DNA of 64,000 nucleotides from the NCBI GenBank assembly GCA_032718475.1, contig JAUCBJ010000075.1, forward strand, positions 1 to 64,000, written 5' to 3'. The notes beneath the pieces are model-generated. The model made no database searches, had not been told where the DNA came from, and saw only the letters and a list, made by a program, of their open reading frames with translations. A program made the translations under genes and the position numbers. Below, piece after piece: positions 35,871 through 49,080 of the stretch. The first letter of the stretch is position 1; the number at the start of each line of letters is the position of its first letter. The DNA comes from Nemertoderma westbladi (lineage: Eukaryota; Animalia; Xenacoelomorpha).

Positions 35871-38800
35871 ATGTCTGACACAAAGCCAAACCTGTCAGAC
35901 AGTCTCCTAGATACAACCATCTGTGACCCAGACAGGAGTGTGGAACGTGAGAGGCCGAAGTTCAATTCACCTCCTACTGTAAGAAAGATCATCCCTCCAG
36001 TAGTAATATCAGAACCTAGGCTGGTACAACACCGTAGGTCTGTCATAGGCACTAGAGCTCAGGTCAAGCGGGACCAAGAAGCAGCGGAACAGCAACCACC
36101 CGCGAGCCGAGAACTTATTTCTCAGCGGCCCGACAGCTCCAGTAGTGCAGATACTGTAGAGCTGACACCCGAGCACGGAGCAAAGATGACAGATGCGGTT
36201 TATTCGGATCCCCTTCTCATCCTTCCTGCAGCCGTACTCACTAGGTTATTGATTGCGGTGGAAGAACACCAGATCGATTGGGCGAGAAATAAGCGATCGA
36301 CTAAAGATAGTTATGCGGGATACACAAGGGAAGAACTGAAGTCTATTGTCAAGTCGCAATGGAACTTCCCCGGACCCGGACTACCTTTCGACTTATCAGA
36401 AGCTGCCTGGGAAGACATACACAGGATGGGAGTAATAAAAGAAACCATCGATCCAGCTGTGTGGAAGAGGTCAGCAGCAGGATACGTACAGGGATTCTTC
36501 AGCTCTATGGAGCGATTAAAAGAACAACTGTTTCAACAACCCCAAGGACCTCAAGAGCAGGGACAGCTGCTTTATCAAGTTAGAGAAAGAATTCTACGAA
36601 TCAGGCTAATCTTATCGGCCTTTGAGGAGGCTTCTAAAAGAAGACAAGACACGTCGTTGCAAGTTGCCGTAAAGACTTGGTTTCAACGGGTGAGTCTCCA
36701 GGTTCAAGGAACGGCTCAGTGGAAAGCTCAGCTGGAGGAGCGCTCAACCCATGGAGAATCAACAGACGCTACTTTTTCCCAAGTGGAAAGTGAAGCGACG
36801 GCAGAGAAACCGCATAAGAGGGATGCCATTGACATCTATCTGTCAGACTATCAACGTTTTTTAGGTGATGAAGAGTTGAGGAGAAGGCTAGATGGACTTA
36901 GCCCTAATAGTGAAGGAGCCCAGCGTGTGTTGGACGCCATCGATGTGGATAGGTTAGCTGCGAACCAAGCTAAATTCAATGAAAGCATCCCCATCGCTAA
37001 GGTTCAAGAAGAACAAGTAAAGAAAAAACGTATAGAAGACAGAAAGACAGTGGCAGTGGCAGCAGCAGTGGCAGCGGCAGAAGCGGAAAGAAAGGCGGTA
37101 GAGGTGGAAAGAAAAGCGGCAGCGGCAGAGGCAGAAGCGGAAAGAAAAGCAGCCGAAGTGGAAAGAAAAGCGGCAGTGGCAGTGGCAGAAGCAGAACGGA
37201 GGGCATCTGAAGAGACAACACAACTAGAGTTGGAAAATCTTCAAGAGAGGCAAGACAACTTCAATAAACAGTTAACAGCTAGTAATATGCAGATGATGAG
37301 TCGATCTATTCCCAAAAGACAAGGTTATACATCATCTGAGGAAGGCGATACCACCGTTACTGAAGGCGGAGGAAATAGATCTCGTCTAAGCAGACGTAGA
37401 AGAATATCCCACCGCCAGAAATTGCCAGATTTGCCCCCAGCTGTTAGAAAGCAACTAAATAACACAAACTTAGGTAGTACAGAACCCACAGACCAAATAA
37501 TTGAAATAGAAAGACTCCCTACTATAGTAGATGAGCCTGAAATAATTAGGCCTGTTCCCGAAGCCACCCCTTCAGTGATAGAGACACCTGTACTCCCTGA
37601 ACCTACCTCTAAATTCCCTCTGCACAGCACTAAGCTATCTGTGCCACACAGAACCACCCTTGGAAATGCTCATGTCCTGGACTCCGAGCGAAATATTAAT
37701 GATTTGTCGCCCATTGTCCCTCGTCGGCCCGCTACAACGTTGGCGGCTCCCGCTTCGGCGGTCGAGTGGGTGGATGAGAGACGACGGGGGATGGATCTCC
37801 TGCTCGGGCAGATGCAGGAGACTGTTCAGCAATTCAAGGGCACAGTAAGGGAAAGTAGGTTAGAGTTGCAAGAAGTGCAGCAAAGTATCGCGTTAGAACG
37901 TGATAAATTAGCAAATACACAAAGAGGTATACCACCACCCCCTGTAACAATGTGTCAACCTGTTAGGTCTGAAGTATCTCATGCGCAAGGTGTGGAGCCT
38001 ACACGCATATATACTGCTAGCGAAGTAGAAACTCCTATAGTGAACCCTATTAAGGGTAATTATAGACCTGTTGATAATGATATTCCCTATAGACCTGATC
38101 ATAATCCGAGAAATTTATATACCGATAACTCGATATTAAATAACACGATGGCCCAAGAAAGTTTTACGCGTCAAATGGCTAGAACCGAAGCACGTCAAGC
38201 GGTAAAGGTGGGAGAGATAGTCAAGTTCAATGGAGATGAGATGAAATGGTTACCTTTTAATGAATATTATAAAGATAACATACAGAACTATGTACTATCT
38301 AATGGAGAGAAACTTAGATTCCTCATCGAGTGCTTGGAAGGATCTCCCAAGTTAATGGCGTTAAAGTTTATTGGACATCCAGACGGATTAAGACAAGTTT
38401 GGGATACACTAAACATCAGGTATGGTAATAGGAATAACATAGCTAAATATTTGTATGCAAAATTAGTAGCGCCCCGAAAGTTCATTAGCAGCGGGATAAT
38501 AGAGTTTTCCGATGAGATCTGTAGACAATTAGATTGGTTAGGTAAGTCTCATGAATATCAGAGTTCTATGGTCATTGGAGCCGTGGCTTCTACTTTACCG
38601 AAGGGTGGAGTAGGTACACGCTGGGATAAGAAAGTGTTATATATGATGGAACAACAACGACGAGACCCTACCATGGCTGATCTCATGTCATTCTTAGATG
38701 GAGAAGAGAAATTACAGCTCCTAAAACAGTCCAGAGAGAAGACACCGGAAAACAAGGTAAGTGAGAAACCCGTTTCTAGGAGAAAGGTAACACCAGTGTG

Positions 38801-41800
38801 TTATACAGACGACGGCGAAAGCCAGACTTCTCAAGGAGAAGATAGCGGGAAAGACACTGAAAGATCTTATTATGTCAATAAAACGCCTAAAGAACAGGTA
38901 AGTAAATTCAAGTCTCGAAACAATGACAGGAGAGAACAGGTAAGAAAAACTCCTCCTACGTCTCATAAGAGAATTCAGGTGAGAAAGCCCGAAGAAAGAA
39001 CGAATGTGCACAATGTTATTCAAAATAAGGTAAGTAACATCAAACCAAAATGTGCGCTATGTGACGGGACCCACCGTTTGAATATGTATGATGAATTCCT
39101 GAAGAAATCATTAACGGAGAGGCGGGAAGTCATGTGGGATAAGCGGTTGTGTTATAATTGCCTCAGACAAGGACACCAACGGCGAACCTGTTACTCCGAC
39201 ACAAGGTGTGCAAAGTGCGGTGCGAAACATCATATCTTGTTGCACACTGAATTCGAACGAAACAGCCCGAGTCAGGTAAGTGATTCCGAACTACATGTCC
39301 AATTCAGTGATGTGAACGACACTGACCAAAGTTCTGAGATGGAAGGATTCTATACTGATGAATTCTCCGACGAAAATGAATCCTGTTACATGATAAATAC
39401 TGCAGTGTATCGAGCACTTACGTATGAAAAAGACACGGACAGCGACCTCACCCTAACTACTTCTGATCGACAACCATCTTGGAAAGCGCCACCTTCCAAT
39501 GTAGGAATCCGAGAATTTCCTGTAGTACAGGTAAGGGTCCACGGACCTAAAAGGAGTTATGTAGTAAACGCCCTCCTTGACTCCGGTAGTACAGGAACAT
39601 TCATCGACAAAGAACTAGCCGAAGACATCTTTGCTGGACAACCCAAGTTCCGAACTAAGCTAAACATGTCAGGAATTATGCAGATTTGGAAATCTACAGA
39701 AATAGCGGATTATTATGTAGGTGCGTTGTCCACCCCCCAGGATGAACTAGGAGAACATAGTATAAGGTCAGTAAAAATGGTGGCGATAAAGAACTTCGCT
39801 ACCACCCAAGTGGAACCTTATAACTGGGATGAGGACGATTTCACCCAGCAGCTGGAAATACCTAGATTCAACACCGATTACCCTGGAGTGCAAATACTCA
39901 TCGGTCAAAACGCGCATGAAGCGCTCAAGACATTGGAGAAACGGCCCGCTCAACCGCAACCACTACAAGCTTATGCGGGAAGAACTAGAGTGGGTTGGTA
40001 CTTTACTGGCCCTTCCCGTAGAACTCTCATGGAAAGATTACCGAAAGACCAGGTATGTCAAGTGAGAGAATGGGAAGTCGAGGGCAGTGAGTTAGATGAT
40101 CCAACTGAGGGAACACCATACTCCTCAGATAATGACGATGTCCACCAACGTTTCGATGAGGAGAATACCATCGATCTCCTTAAGGAAAACGAGACTTGGC
40201 AAAACCAAGTGAACTTATGTCAGCTCCTTCTTCCATCAGAGCGAGACGACTATAACGACGAGCTTAATGACGTCATTGAACGTTATAATGCCAAGACTCG
40301 GGATGAACACGCCGTACGATTCTTTACTCAAGAGGCTGTAGAGCCCAATTCCTACGATAAGGCCCTATCGGTAGAGGAAGAAAGAGCCAAGCAGATCCAA
40401 GAGACAACTACACGTTTTCTTAAAGATCAAGGTAGATATGAGATCGGTCTACCTTTCCGAAAGCGAGAACCAAAGTTCGTAAACAACAGACCCTTGGCGG
40501 AGAAAAGAATTGCTCAACTACATCGACGCCTTACGGCAAATTCTTCAGCTAAAGAAATGTATCAAACGCAGTTGAAGAAATTTATTAGCAAGGGATATGC
40601 GGAGCTAGTACCGAAAGAAACACCTATAACTGAGAGAACGTATTATTTAACTCACCATTACGTTCCCAAACCCAGTAAACCCCATGAGGTACGAGTGGTG
40701 TTTGACGGCTCCGCCCTCTATATGGGCCAATCCCTTAATTCTGAATTGTTACCCGGACCCAACTTACTCCAATCCTTGTTGGGAATACTCTTAAGATTAA
40801 GACAATATTCAATTGCTTTCGCCTCAGATATAGAAGGCATGTTCTTACAAGTCAAGGCGCTGGATAGGGATCGAGACAGCCTACGATTTCTGTGGTGGCC
40901 TGAAGGAGACCTCAACCAGAAACCGGTGGAGTACTGGATGACCATCCAGGCTTTTGGGATAATCTCAAGCCCTTCAAACGCCTGTTCAGTGGTGCGCACC
41001 ACTGCGGATGACAACCGAGAAGCCTTCTCTAAAGAGGTGATTGACAACATCAAGCGGGATATATACATGGACAATAATCTAAAGTCCCTTCCATCAGTCG
41101 AAGAAGCCATTGACGTCGCTAAAGGAACGGTAGAATGCTTAAAAAGAGGTGGATTTCGATTAACTAAATTCACCAGCAACTCCCGTGAGTTTCTGGAGTC
41201 GATCCCGGTAGAAGATCGAGGAGCGATAGACCTGGATCTAATAAAAGATGATCTCCCAGAAACTATGACCCTTGGTTTGAAATGGGACACCGAAAGAGAT
41301 ATCCTGTTTTTCCAACTAAAACAGCGAGATAATCCAGTTCGGACTAAACGGATTTGTTTAAGTATCCTGAGCACTTATTTTGATCCATTGGGATTTATTA
41401 GCCCAGTTATATTGATTGCTCGGAGTTTGGTACAACAAATGTGGCTTGAAAACCACTCATGGGACGATCCACTTAAGGGAGAATTATTAAAGAAGTGGAT
41501 GAAATGGGAAGATTCTCTACCAGCCATCGAGAACTTTATAATTTCCCATTCATATTTTGGTCATGTTCTCCCTACGTATTCCTATCAACTCCATGTGTTT
41601 GGAGACGCCAGCGATATGGGAATAGGTATAGTAGCCTACCTAAGGGTGGAAACTCCGGACGGAATCAAAGTCGCCTTGGTTACCTCTAAGGCACTGATAA
41701 ACAACAAGTTGAAAGTTCCTCTAGCGGAGTTAAAGGCGGCTCTATACGCTACAGCCATCGGCCGGAATGTAACAGAACAGATCGACTATCCACTGGAGAA

Positions 41801-43949
41801 AACTGTCTATTGGACCGACGCTTTACTCGTGTTGGAGTATATAACCAATGAAGTCTGTCAGTTCAGCGTCTTCGTTACCAACAGAGTAGCCATTATACTC
41901 AGTCGCACAATGATGGATCAATGGAGACATTGCCCCGGAACGATTAATCCAGCAGACATCGCCTCCAGGGGAGCAACTCCACAAGAACTGGTAGACACTC
42001 CAGACTGGTTAGGTGGACCCGACTTCCTCTACAAAGAAGAAGAAGAATGGCCTCCTCATCTTACTACAGCAGAGATTAGACAGGCCAAGGGAGCGGAGAA
42101 AGTCAAACCTAAAACTCGGGCGAGTAAATCGAAGTTATTCAAACCCATGGTAGATCTGTCTGTACTACATATTTCCGGAGACGACGCTTTGGATCAGAAA
42201 CCCACAGCCACAAATAAACTTGTTGTGGAAATCCGTGAGAAGGATTGGAAATCTGGAATACCAGATGTCTCGCAAGGACTCTCACCTCTTCTGCAGAGAG
42301 CGATATATCACTACAGTTCCTGGAATCGGCTCTGTAAGGCCGTTACATATTTAAAGAGATGTTTTCACCATCACTACTCCAGGATGAAGGCCAAAGGTGA
42401 TACCGCTCCAATAACATCAGTGCAGGTCCATGTTATTAAAGATCTTCCCAAATATAAGATACCCGACAGGTTTCTGAAGGAGAAGATCAGTTATCAGGAG
42501 CATGAAGAAACCAACAAGCAGATGCTGAGACTCCTGCAATGCTATGAGGATTCCGATAAGTATTTCCTGTTGTTGAGAAATCCACAGATGCGCTTAAGGG
42601 ATCGTTTCTCTAGCACAATGATAGATGGGTTGATACGTGTTGGAGGAAGATTAACGAATGCTCCATTATCCTTTGACACTAAGTTTCCCATACTCATTAG
42701 AAATCTTGAAATACAAGTCAAGATGATTGTAGACGTTCACAGCAAACTTTATCATGCTGGTAGGGAACGAGTTCTTAGCGAAATTCGAACTCGCTATTAT
42801 TTTTATAAACCCCGTAGAGCTCTGAACCAAGTTCTTATGAACTGCATACCCTGTAGGAAAGCATTCAGTAGGCCTTTAACACAGCGAGAGGCAGAATTAC
42901 CTAGGGAACGAGTAAGCTTCTATGAACCACCCTTTACTAATACCGGTGTGGATTTATTTGGCCCTATTGAAGTATATCGTGCTAGGACTATAGTCAAGAG
43001 ATGGTGTGTCATCTTTGTTTGTATGACTTGTAGAGCTATCCATCTCGATATGGTGAACGATTTATCTACCAACAGCTTTCTATGAAGCTTACGACGACAG
43101 ATCGCTCGCTTTGGCACTAGTAACACGATGAGATCTGATAAGGGAACAAACTTCATTGGTGCCAACAATGAAATCAAAGCTTACGTCAAAGATTGGAACC
43201 AAAGACAGGTGGACGATCAGCTACGAGTAACAGCGTCTAGCTGGACCTTCAACGCCGCCGACGCCCCTTGGTGGGGAGGAAGTTGGGAGAGATTAATAAG
43301 AAGTGTGAAGACAGCATTTCACTTTATAGTGCCTTGCCGCGCGTATCTCACCGACGAACTTTTGCGGACGTTAATGGAGGAAATCGCCGCCTATCTCAAC
43401 GAGAGACCGCTTATGCCAGTCTCATCGAGTCCCAATTCCCTGGAAGCGCTAACACCCGCGCATTTCCTACTAAAGAAACCTGTAGCCATGCTCCCACAAT
43501 CGGAAATCACAGACGGAGACGAATACTGCCGGCAAACTTGGCAACTCATGCAGTTGTTATCCCGTCGTTTCGCTGACCATTTCGAAAAACATTATCTGCC
43601 CACGCTACAACTTCGAACTAAGTGGTTTGCGCAGCAAGAAAACGTCAGCGCTGGAGACATGGTTCTTATTGTGGATGTAGATCTTCCACGTAAGCGGTGG
43701 CAGACAGGTCGTATCATCGAGACTCACATCTTGGATGATGGTTTGGTGCGATCGGTAGAACTCGTCGTCATGCGACGTAACTTCAAGAAACCGGGAATTG
43801 TCTTCGAGACACAGCAGCTCAATCGCCCAGTTGGTCGCTTATGTTTACTGGAAAGAGACAGAGAACTCTCCGGAAACTATGGGAGGCAAGATACTCTTCC
43901 CACGACCACCTCCCTAATCCAACAAACATCTAGGGACTCCCCAACTTAA
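35871..43949 (+). pseudogene. BEL/Pao Gag-Pol polyprotein (~2690 aa) with one in-frame TGA at 43083-43085
   Basis: ORFs 35871-43085 and 43128-43949 share a frame. Motifs: DSG protease; RT RVVFDGS, SDIEGMFLQV, YMDN (expected YMDD); RNase H FGDAS, AELKAA, WTDA, NPADIASRG; integrase H..H..CIPC, GVDLFGP, SDKGTNF, GGSWERLI. Confidence 0.95.
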
Positions 43950-45306
43950 CAACGGCTGGAGTGGGTGTATGACTAGATTTTATATTTGTTTTATTCTTTT
44001 ATATTTATGTATATATTATTATGTAATTTTATTATAATCGTTTTCTTTAATTTTACTTAGTAGGACGTTATTTTAGCTATTATTTAGTAGATTAGTGCAA
44101 TATATATTCGCGTTTATTACTTAATTACTTATATATTATATATTTAGTGCGACGGCGAGAAATAATTATTTTTCTCTTTCCTTACTGTCCGTATTACATT
44201 ACAAATACGTAACTACAGTAAGATGAAATGTCTGTACTTATTAAAGTACAATAAAGCCACTACTATATTCAAGTATTATTGGTAGGCAGAGTATTAGGAA
44301 TGCAAAATTCAGATCCTCGTGTCTCGGCTAAACCAAGCTTTGGGTAGACCTTGGAAACGACTTGCCTCTTCTCACTGACATTGCTTCGTGCGATATTGCT
44401 CTCATACCGTATATTAAATAATACATATAGTAGCGTGATGTCCTTTTAACAGTAGCGTATAACGCAAAATAAATCTGTTAAACCCTTTGACCATCTGTAA
44501 TTCTAGTCGATTAAGATATCGCGGCACCCACCGATATACTTGAAAGACAAATTCTAGAATCAGTGGTTAACGTCCCCAGACAAGTTCTGGAATAAACTGG
44601 TGCCCATCCTAAATATTAATTATTAATATTTACAAAATCTGTCAAATTTTAGATCCTTTAAAATTCTAGTCGATTAAGATATCGTAGCACTTACCGATAC
44701 TCTTAAAAGGACAAAATTCCTAGAATCTAGGATCCCAGTCCCCAGACACGTTCTGGTATAAAATTACGTCTATTTAACATTAAATAATAAAATTTACAGG
44801 AATAAATTTAAATTCATATATTTCAATGAATTTAATAAATTGTCATTTTATACAATTTATAACATTCCCAAAATTCCATTAATTAATAGATCACGGGAGC
44901 GGAGATTCACTCTATTAAGTGTATTTGTGTGCGAGAATCTCCAATATATAGTCAATAGCCGATAAAATTCATAAAATCATATATAGAGAGGATATTGACA
45001 ATTAAAGAATTACTATTAAATAGCATCCCAGATCTGTATGCATGAGAATTACCCTAATTCTACCGCTAGCTTTCCATAATGTCACCATGGCAACAACCAC
45101 GCTAGAATTAGAAGTGAGTCAAAAGAACAATAGAAAGCTTGCCCCATTGAATAGCATAGGGAATAAATAGCGCACTGCTAGTATCCAAGGATACATAATA
45201 AATAAAGTGACATTCTGGAAGGTACTGACTAACGGACAAATGGCCCGAATGTGTACAGTTTGTGGCAGTTGTGTTGAATTTGTGCGTTCATAGGTGAATG
45301 TTACTG

Positions 45307-45555
45307 CTATAGTGTGTTTACAGTAGCGAGTCGCAATTGTGAAAGTAACCCTAACTCTCCAGAAAGAACCTGGAGTACATCTAAGCCTTTGGGACGGACA
45401 GTGGAGTGACTTGTGCCGGTTATCGTTGTCGTTGTGTAGCTAAATCGTTGGCGAAAGCACAGCGACGACGGTACATCGGCGCTGAGGATCTTGCACTGTC
45501 CGGGGGCAAAAGAGGGGTAGGCAGCGACGCCCGCTAGCCTAATATATAAACTCAT
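45307..45555 (-). CDS. Candidate antisense mini-ORF or exon in the 3' region
   Basis: Homologue in A at ~23741-23977 with the same stop position and many synonymous differences. Confidence 0.4.
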   Translation of the reverse strand: MSLYIRLAGVAAYPSFAPGQCKILSADVPSSLCFRQRFSYTTTTITGTSHSTVRPKGLDVLQVLSGELGLLSQLRLATVNTL

Positions 45556-45582
45556 TATAATATTGATAAACTCATAGCAAAT

Positions 45583-46777
45583 ATGACTGAGTTGATAGAA
45601 GATGATCTTGGTATCAGGGAGCGATATACTCTACCTTTACAAGCGTTTGTCGATAGCTTGATACGCGGCGACGCTGGTCCAACTACTACGGAGGACGATG
45701 GTCGTTATATTGAACCGCCAATGTCCCAGGAGCAACTTACGCGTGAATTGGATTATAGAAAGTTCACCGCTCGATATACGCATCGTAATGGTACGTATAT
45801 GGACTTCTTAACTACTGGTCATCCTATCGATTTACACGATACGGACGATGTAGACACCGAAAGGGAAATAGTTTTATTTAAATATCATACCCAGCGGAGT
45901 CGGAAGGATAAACCGAGAATAGAACACGAGAACTCTATTCGAAACAAACTCGAAAGGGAAGACGTTGAAGAGCCGGATAAACGCAGCGACTTTAACGATT
46001 ATCTGGAATTCCTGAGAGAGACATATCTCAATATTGCCAGCCAACAAAATCTCGAAACTTGATATCCTCAAGGTATACATCATGACCCTATGATAGAACT
46101 CAAACGACTCTATTTCACTATGATGTATCTTACCGCCGATCGACCGCTACCTGTCGTTCCAGATAGCTTCGAACAGATGGAGGAATATTGTAAAACTGGA
46201 GAACGATCACCCGCGTTTCCCCTGCAGGACGTGCGTCTTTGGTATTATTGCGATGAATGCCCTAGACCCAACCAACAAACGGAAAGACCTAAACATCCGC
46301 AGAGACGTTGCACTAAACACGGTTTTACTCGCTATACTAGCGGGAGTTTCGAGCGAAATTTGTTTGACGTATCACCTACGCTCGTTCGACTCAGACGATC
46401 CTTAAATAAACCAATGATCAGAGTTTCGGAATACTCGATCAGACCTCCTCATTCCCTAGTGAGACCTCAGACTCTTGATCCTATTAGTATGATGGATCCT
46501 CCCGAGCTGTACTCACTGTTCAAAGATCTAGTGTTACCTGAACAATTAGTCGGTGGCACCCCGGTTGTGGGCTTCCTAGATATTAGCCCATCCTAACTAG
46601 CCGGATTGGGACGCGGACATTTAATATCGCCGTTTAACCCTTACCATCGTCCCGGCTTAACACGATATAACCTGTCACCAAAGTGGCGGAGAGCGTTGTA
46701 CCAAATGAGTTAGACGCTATTCTACAAAGATCAGAAAAGGAACTTACGCTTGTTCAGATAAACGTAAATTGCACTAG
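45583..46777 (+). pseudogene. Accessory ~400-aa ORF of unknown function with a CxxC-H-C motif
   Basis: 45583-46062 and 46090-46596 share a frame, separated by TGA. The TAA at 46594 is TAC in A. The A homologue extends to ...SDKRKLH*. Confidence 0.75.
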
Positions 46778-47175
46778 CAAGTCCAAGCGGTAAACAAAGT
46801 AACTTTATCTCAGTTCGATCGGGAAATCCAGAATCTCTAAGAAGTTATCGAACTTGGACGACCCTATTCTCTGCGAGAGTTTTTGGATGAACGTATCCAG
46901 CTACGAGCGGAGGAAAATCAGCTCGAGGAGAAGCATATCGAAACGGCGGATACCCCGACCATAATCCTACACCTTCTGATGCAATCATATTGCACCCTTC
47001 ACCCAGGATTTATAGCCCTCCTAGTAAAGTGGCTCCCCCAAAGAGAAAAGGACTCTTGCTAGCCTCAAAAAACTGCATAAACGCCGTCCTCGTAAGAAAG
47101 ACTAACTGTTTAGAGTATTTTTATATTTTAGAAACTGTGATTTGTTATATTTTATAGACTTAAATCCCATTTTCT

Positions 47176-47183
47176 GGGAGCGG
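47176..47183 (+). promoter_or_regulatory. Polypurine tract of element B
   Basis: GGGAGCGG directly before the 3' LTR. Confidence 0.75.
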
Positions 47184-48274
47184 TGTAAAGGCTTTTGCGT
47201 AATTAGCCGGTTATTTTCCCGGTAAAGTACTCTGTAGTTGGTTTAACAGGCATAAAAAGCCGTGTCCTTACTGTACTGGTGTAGCTACCATGGCGACGGC
47301 TAACAGCTGATGCTGTACACGTGGAGCTTGTTCTTTGTTCTCTGTTCCTTCTTTGTTCGGTCGACCAATCAGAGCGTTTTTTGCCTCTGTGTTAGAGATT
47401 GTATATAGAAACTCGTGGAGTTGAGTCAGTATGTGATTTGTCCACAGCCTAGAACATTGGCTTTGGAACCTCCGTGTTTCAGTCTTTAGCCCAACATTAG
47501 TAGGCTTAATTATAGAACGTATATCTGTTATCTCACTCACATACATATTATCATACCATACCTAACCCAATCGATCATATCAATTTATACCTTAACATTT
47601 TACTGCTTTTACTGTCGGTTATTCATTATATTTGTTGATGGAATATTATATTTGGAATACTGATGAATAATCAGACACCCCAATCTTCTTGATATACTAA
47701 AGGTTAGAGAGACCGGTTACATATAACAATTGCAACTTACATTAAGTGGTTTGAAGTGAATCTAATGCTATTTTATAGGCCCTACACGTATTGTCTGTTG
47801 TTCTCCTTATATGTGACTAAAATTAGTGAAGGTCGGCAGATTGGTGTGCAGCATTGTGCAGTATTGTGTATGATCGTGATTGATAACGAAGCATCTCCTA
47901 AAGAATGCGCCATATACGTGAATCTATAGCCATCCCGTTGTGTCTAGTTTAAGTCATAACTCTGTTTATATACTTAAAGCGCCACGTCCTAAAGGAACTG
48001 TTAATATTTCCCGAAAGTGAATAATATTTGTCAGAGATTATATATATTACGATCAGTCGAATAATACAGTAGGCCTACCCCGCAATACGGTTAGGCTTCC
48101 GAATCCAGTCTCCCGGGTAGATCCAGCGGGTGAATGATTGCGCATAGACTGGTTTCGGCTAATGTAGTGTATCAAATACTTGTCATAGGCTAAAGACTAT
48201 CTATCATCTCAAAGACATCCCATGGGATGTCTAATTTGGCAGGTTAAACTGCTAAAGGTCTGAAAGCGCGAACA
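47184..48274 (+). repeat. 3' LTR of element B (1091 bp)
   Basis: Matches the 5' LTR except for a 98-bp loss, an 11-bp gain and about 6 substitutions. Confidence 0.95.
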
Positions 48275-48884
48275 TATGAGGCATCTTTTACAGCAACAAA
48301 CTTCGCGTTTACATAGAGCAACTTGATCGGCAACCTGACATGCTCACTAAGTTGCTGATAGAGTTGCTCAAAATATACTGTAGAAAAAACAGGTCTTTAA
48401 TTATTCGTCATGACGTACTGTAAGTGAATTTTACTTTAACGTAGCTGTAACCCTGTAGCTAGACTTTGTTCTTACTGTAGAGTACCACCCATGGCTATAT
48501 TTTGTACTTAGAGTTCCGCTTTCTTGAATCTAAATTTTGTTCTTATAGTTCTGCATTTTGGCTACATTTTGTTCAATTTGTATTGATACATGATTCTAAC
48601 TACAGTCCCGTACTTATTTTAGAAGCAATTAATACCAAAATATCAAAAACCTTATGGAGCACTTTAGAATTTTGAATTCAAAAATTTCCAACATGTGCGC
48701 AAGTGTGTTAGCTATATTGTATGTGATTATTTGTTATTATTGCGGTTACAGGTAATACTAACACCTGATCATGTGCTAGTTAACATGTTAGATAGCACGT
48801 ATTAGCTAATAACAAATGCGCGCATGTATTACGTGCGCACTACGCACTAAATAATTAAGGACGTACGATACGCCTTGGCTATAA

Positions 48885-49080
48885 TTTGATATATTTTGCG
48901 TGTTTTTTGTAAAAATTCGGACTTGTGGTGTTTTGCCAAATTGAGGATACCTTGTTTTCCAGGCAATACCCCGCAACTATCGTATAGTTACGGGATAATA
49001 CCAGAAAATGGTGTTCCCCTTTGTTTTGGCAAAACACCATAAGTCCGAATTTTTACAAAAAAACCGCAATATATTTCAAA
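48885..49080. mobile_element. ~195-bp palindromic foldback/MITE
   Basis: TTTTTTGTAAAAATTCGGACTTGTGGTGTTTTGCCAAA pairs with TTTGGCAAAACACCATAAGTCCGAATTTTTACAAAAAA; symmetry continues to the centre at ~48982. Confidence 0.8.

Larger units (their letters stand above)
32503..48274 (+). mobile_element. BEL/Pao LTR retrotransposon B, full length (15.8 kb), mutationally inactivated
   Basis: LTRs 32503-33680 and 47184-48274; TSD TATGA at 32498-32502 and 48275-48279; domain order Gag-PR-RT-RH-IN. Confidence 0.97.

Noticed and set aside
43083-43085. Programmed stop-codon readthrough inside integrase
   Set aside because: The stop lies within the DDE core and fits CGA to TGA decay; the copy has other lesions (YMDN, a Cys-to-Tyr knuckle change).
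45583-46777. env gene
   Set aside because: No signal peptide, fusion peptide or transmembrane anchor visible.
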